From: Eledone cirrhosa
Taxonomy: Eukaryota
NCBI GenBank assembly: GCA_964016885.1
Contig: OZ024744.1
Location: 35,650,001 to 35,714,000 of the forward strand
Reading direction: 5' to 3'
DNA length: 64,000 bases
In this document: piece by piece, positions 63,601 to 64,000 of the stretch
How positions within the stretch are numbered: position 1 is the stretch's first letter
Layout of the letters: every line of letters begins with the position of its first letter
Translations under genes and position numbers: made by a program
Notes under the pieces: model-generated
What the model saw: only the letters and a program-made list of their open reading frames with translations
Told to the model about the DNA's origin: nothing
Databases searched by the model: none

Positions 63601-64000
63601 AACAGACCCCATAGCTACATACATATTGAGACACCAACAGTCCCATACCTACATACATATCATTCAGACACCAACATCCCCATACCTACACACATATCAT
63701 TTAGACACCAATAGTGCCCATACCTACATACATATTGAGACACCTAACAGTCCCCATACCTACATATATATTGAGACACCAACAGTCCCCATACCTACAT
63801 ACATATTCAGACACTAACAGTCCCCACACTTACATATTCAGACACCAACAGTCCCCATACGTACACACATATTGAGACACCAACAGTCCCCATACCTACA
63901 CACATATTGAGACACCAATAGTCCTCATAGCTACACACATATTGAGACACACAATACTCATCATACCTACATATTCAGACACCAATAGTCCCCATAGCTA
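57693..64000. repeat. Long minisatellite/satellite array, ~30-38 bp unit AGACACCAACAGTCCCCATACCTACATACATAT(CATT)C, running off the window end
   Basis: More than 6.3 kb of tandem diverged units; source of the QTPTVPIPT and RHQQSPYLHT ORFs. Confidence 0.97.

Noticed and set aside
57692-63817. Many mucin-like or repeat ORFs, and a CRISPR-like look
   Set aside because: Tandem satellite with variable unit length that shifts frame constantly; no unique spacers.

Overview
AT-rich, repeat-dense animal genomic DNA. The SINE families, RTE LINEs with (GAT)n tails and long (TA)n tracts look like an octopod cephalopod genome; this is inferred from repeat content, not proven. The only well-supported host gene is on the + strand: two phase-compatible exons (41643-41768 and 52763-53493) that encode the C-terminal part of a PNP_UDP_1 (nucleoside phosphorylase/nucleosidase-fold) protein resembling the PNP effector domains of fungal NLRs. 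Several small candidate exons upstream, including an 18-nt microexon, may belong to this gene or another one. The rest is mostly decayed mobile DNA: at least three RTE LINE families, R4/Dong-like REL elements inserted in (TAA)n, a young Tx1/L1-like insertion with a 19-bp TSD, a CRE-like fragment, a mariner relic, two tRNA-derived SINE families, a U6 retrocopy and several mini- and microsatellites. The most unusual signal is a set of unrelated Penelope-like or non-coding elements sitting in (TA)n tracts. They carry minimal hammerhead-ribozyme cores and inverted or permuted terminal duplications, as in pseudo-LTRs and retrozymes. All calls are by eye; no database searches were run.
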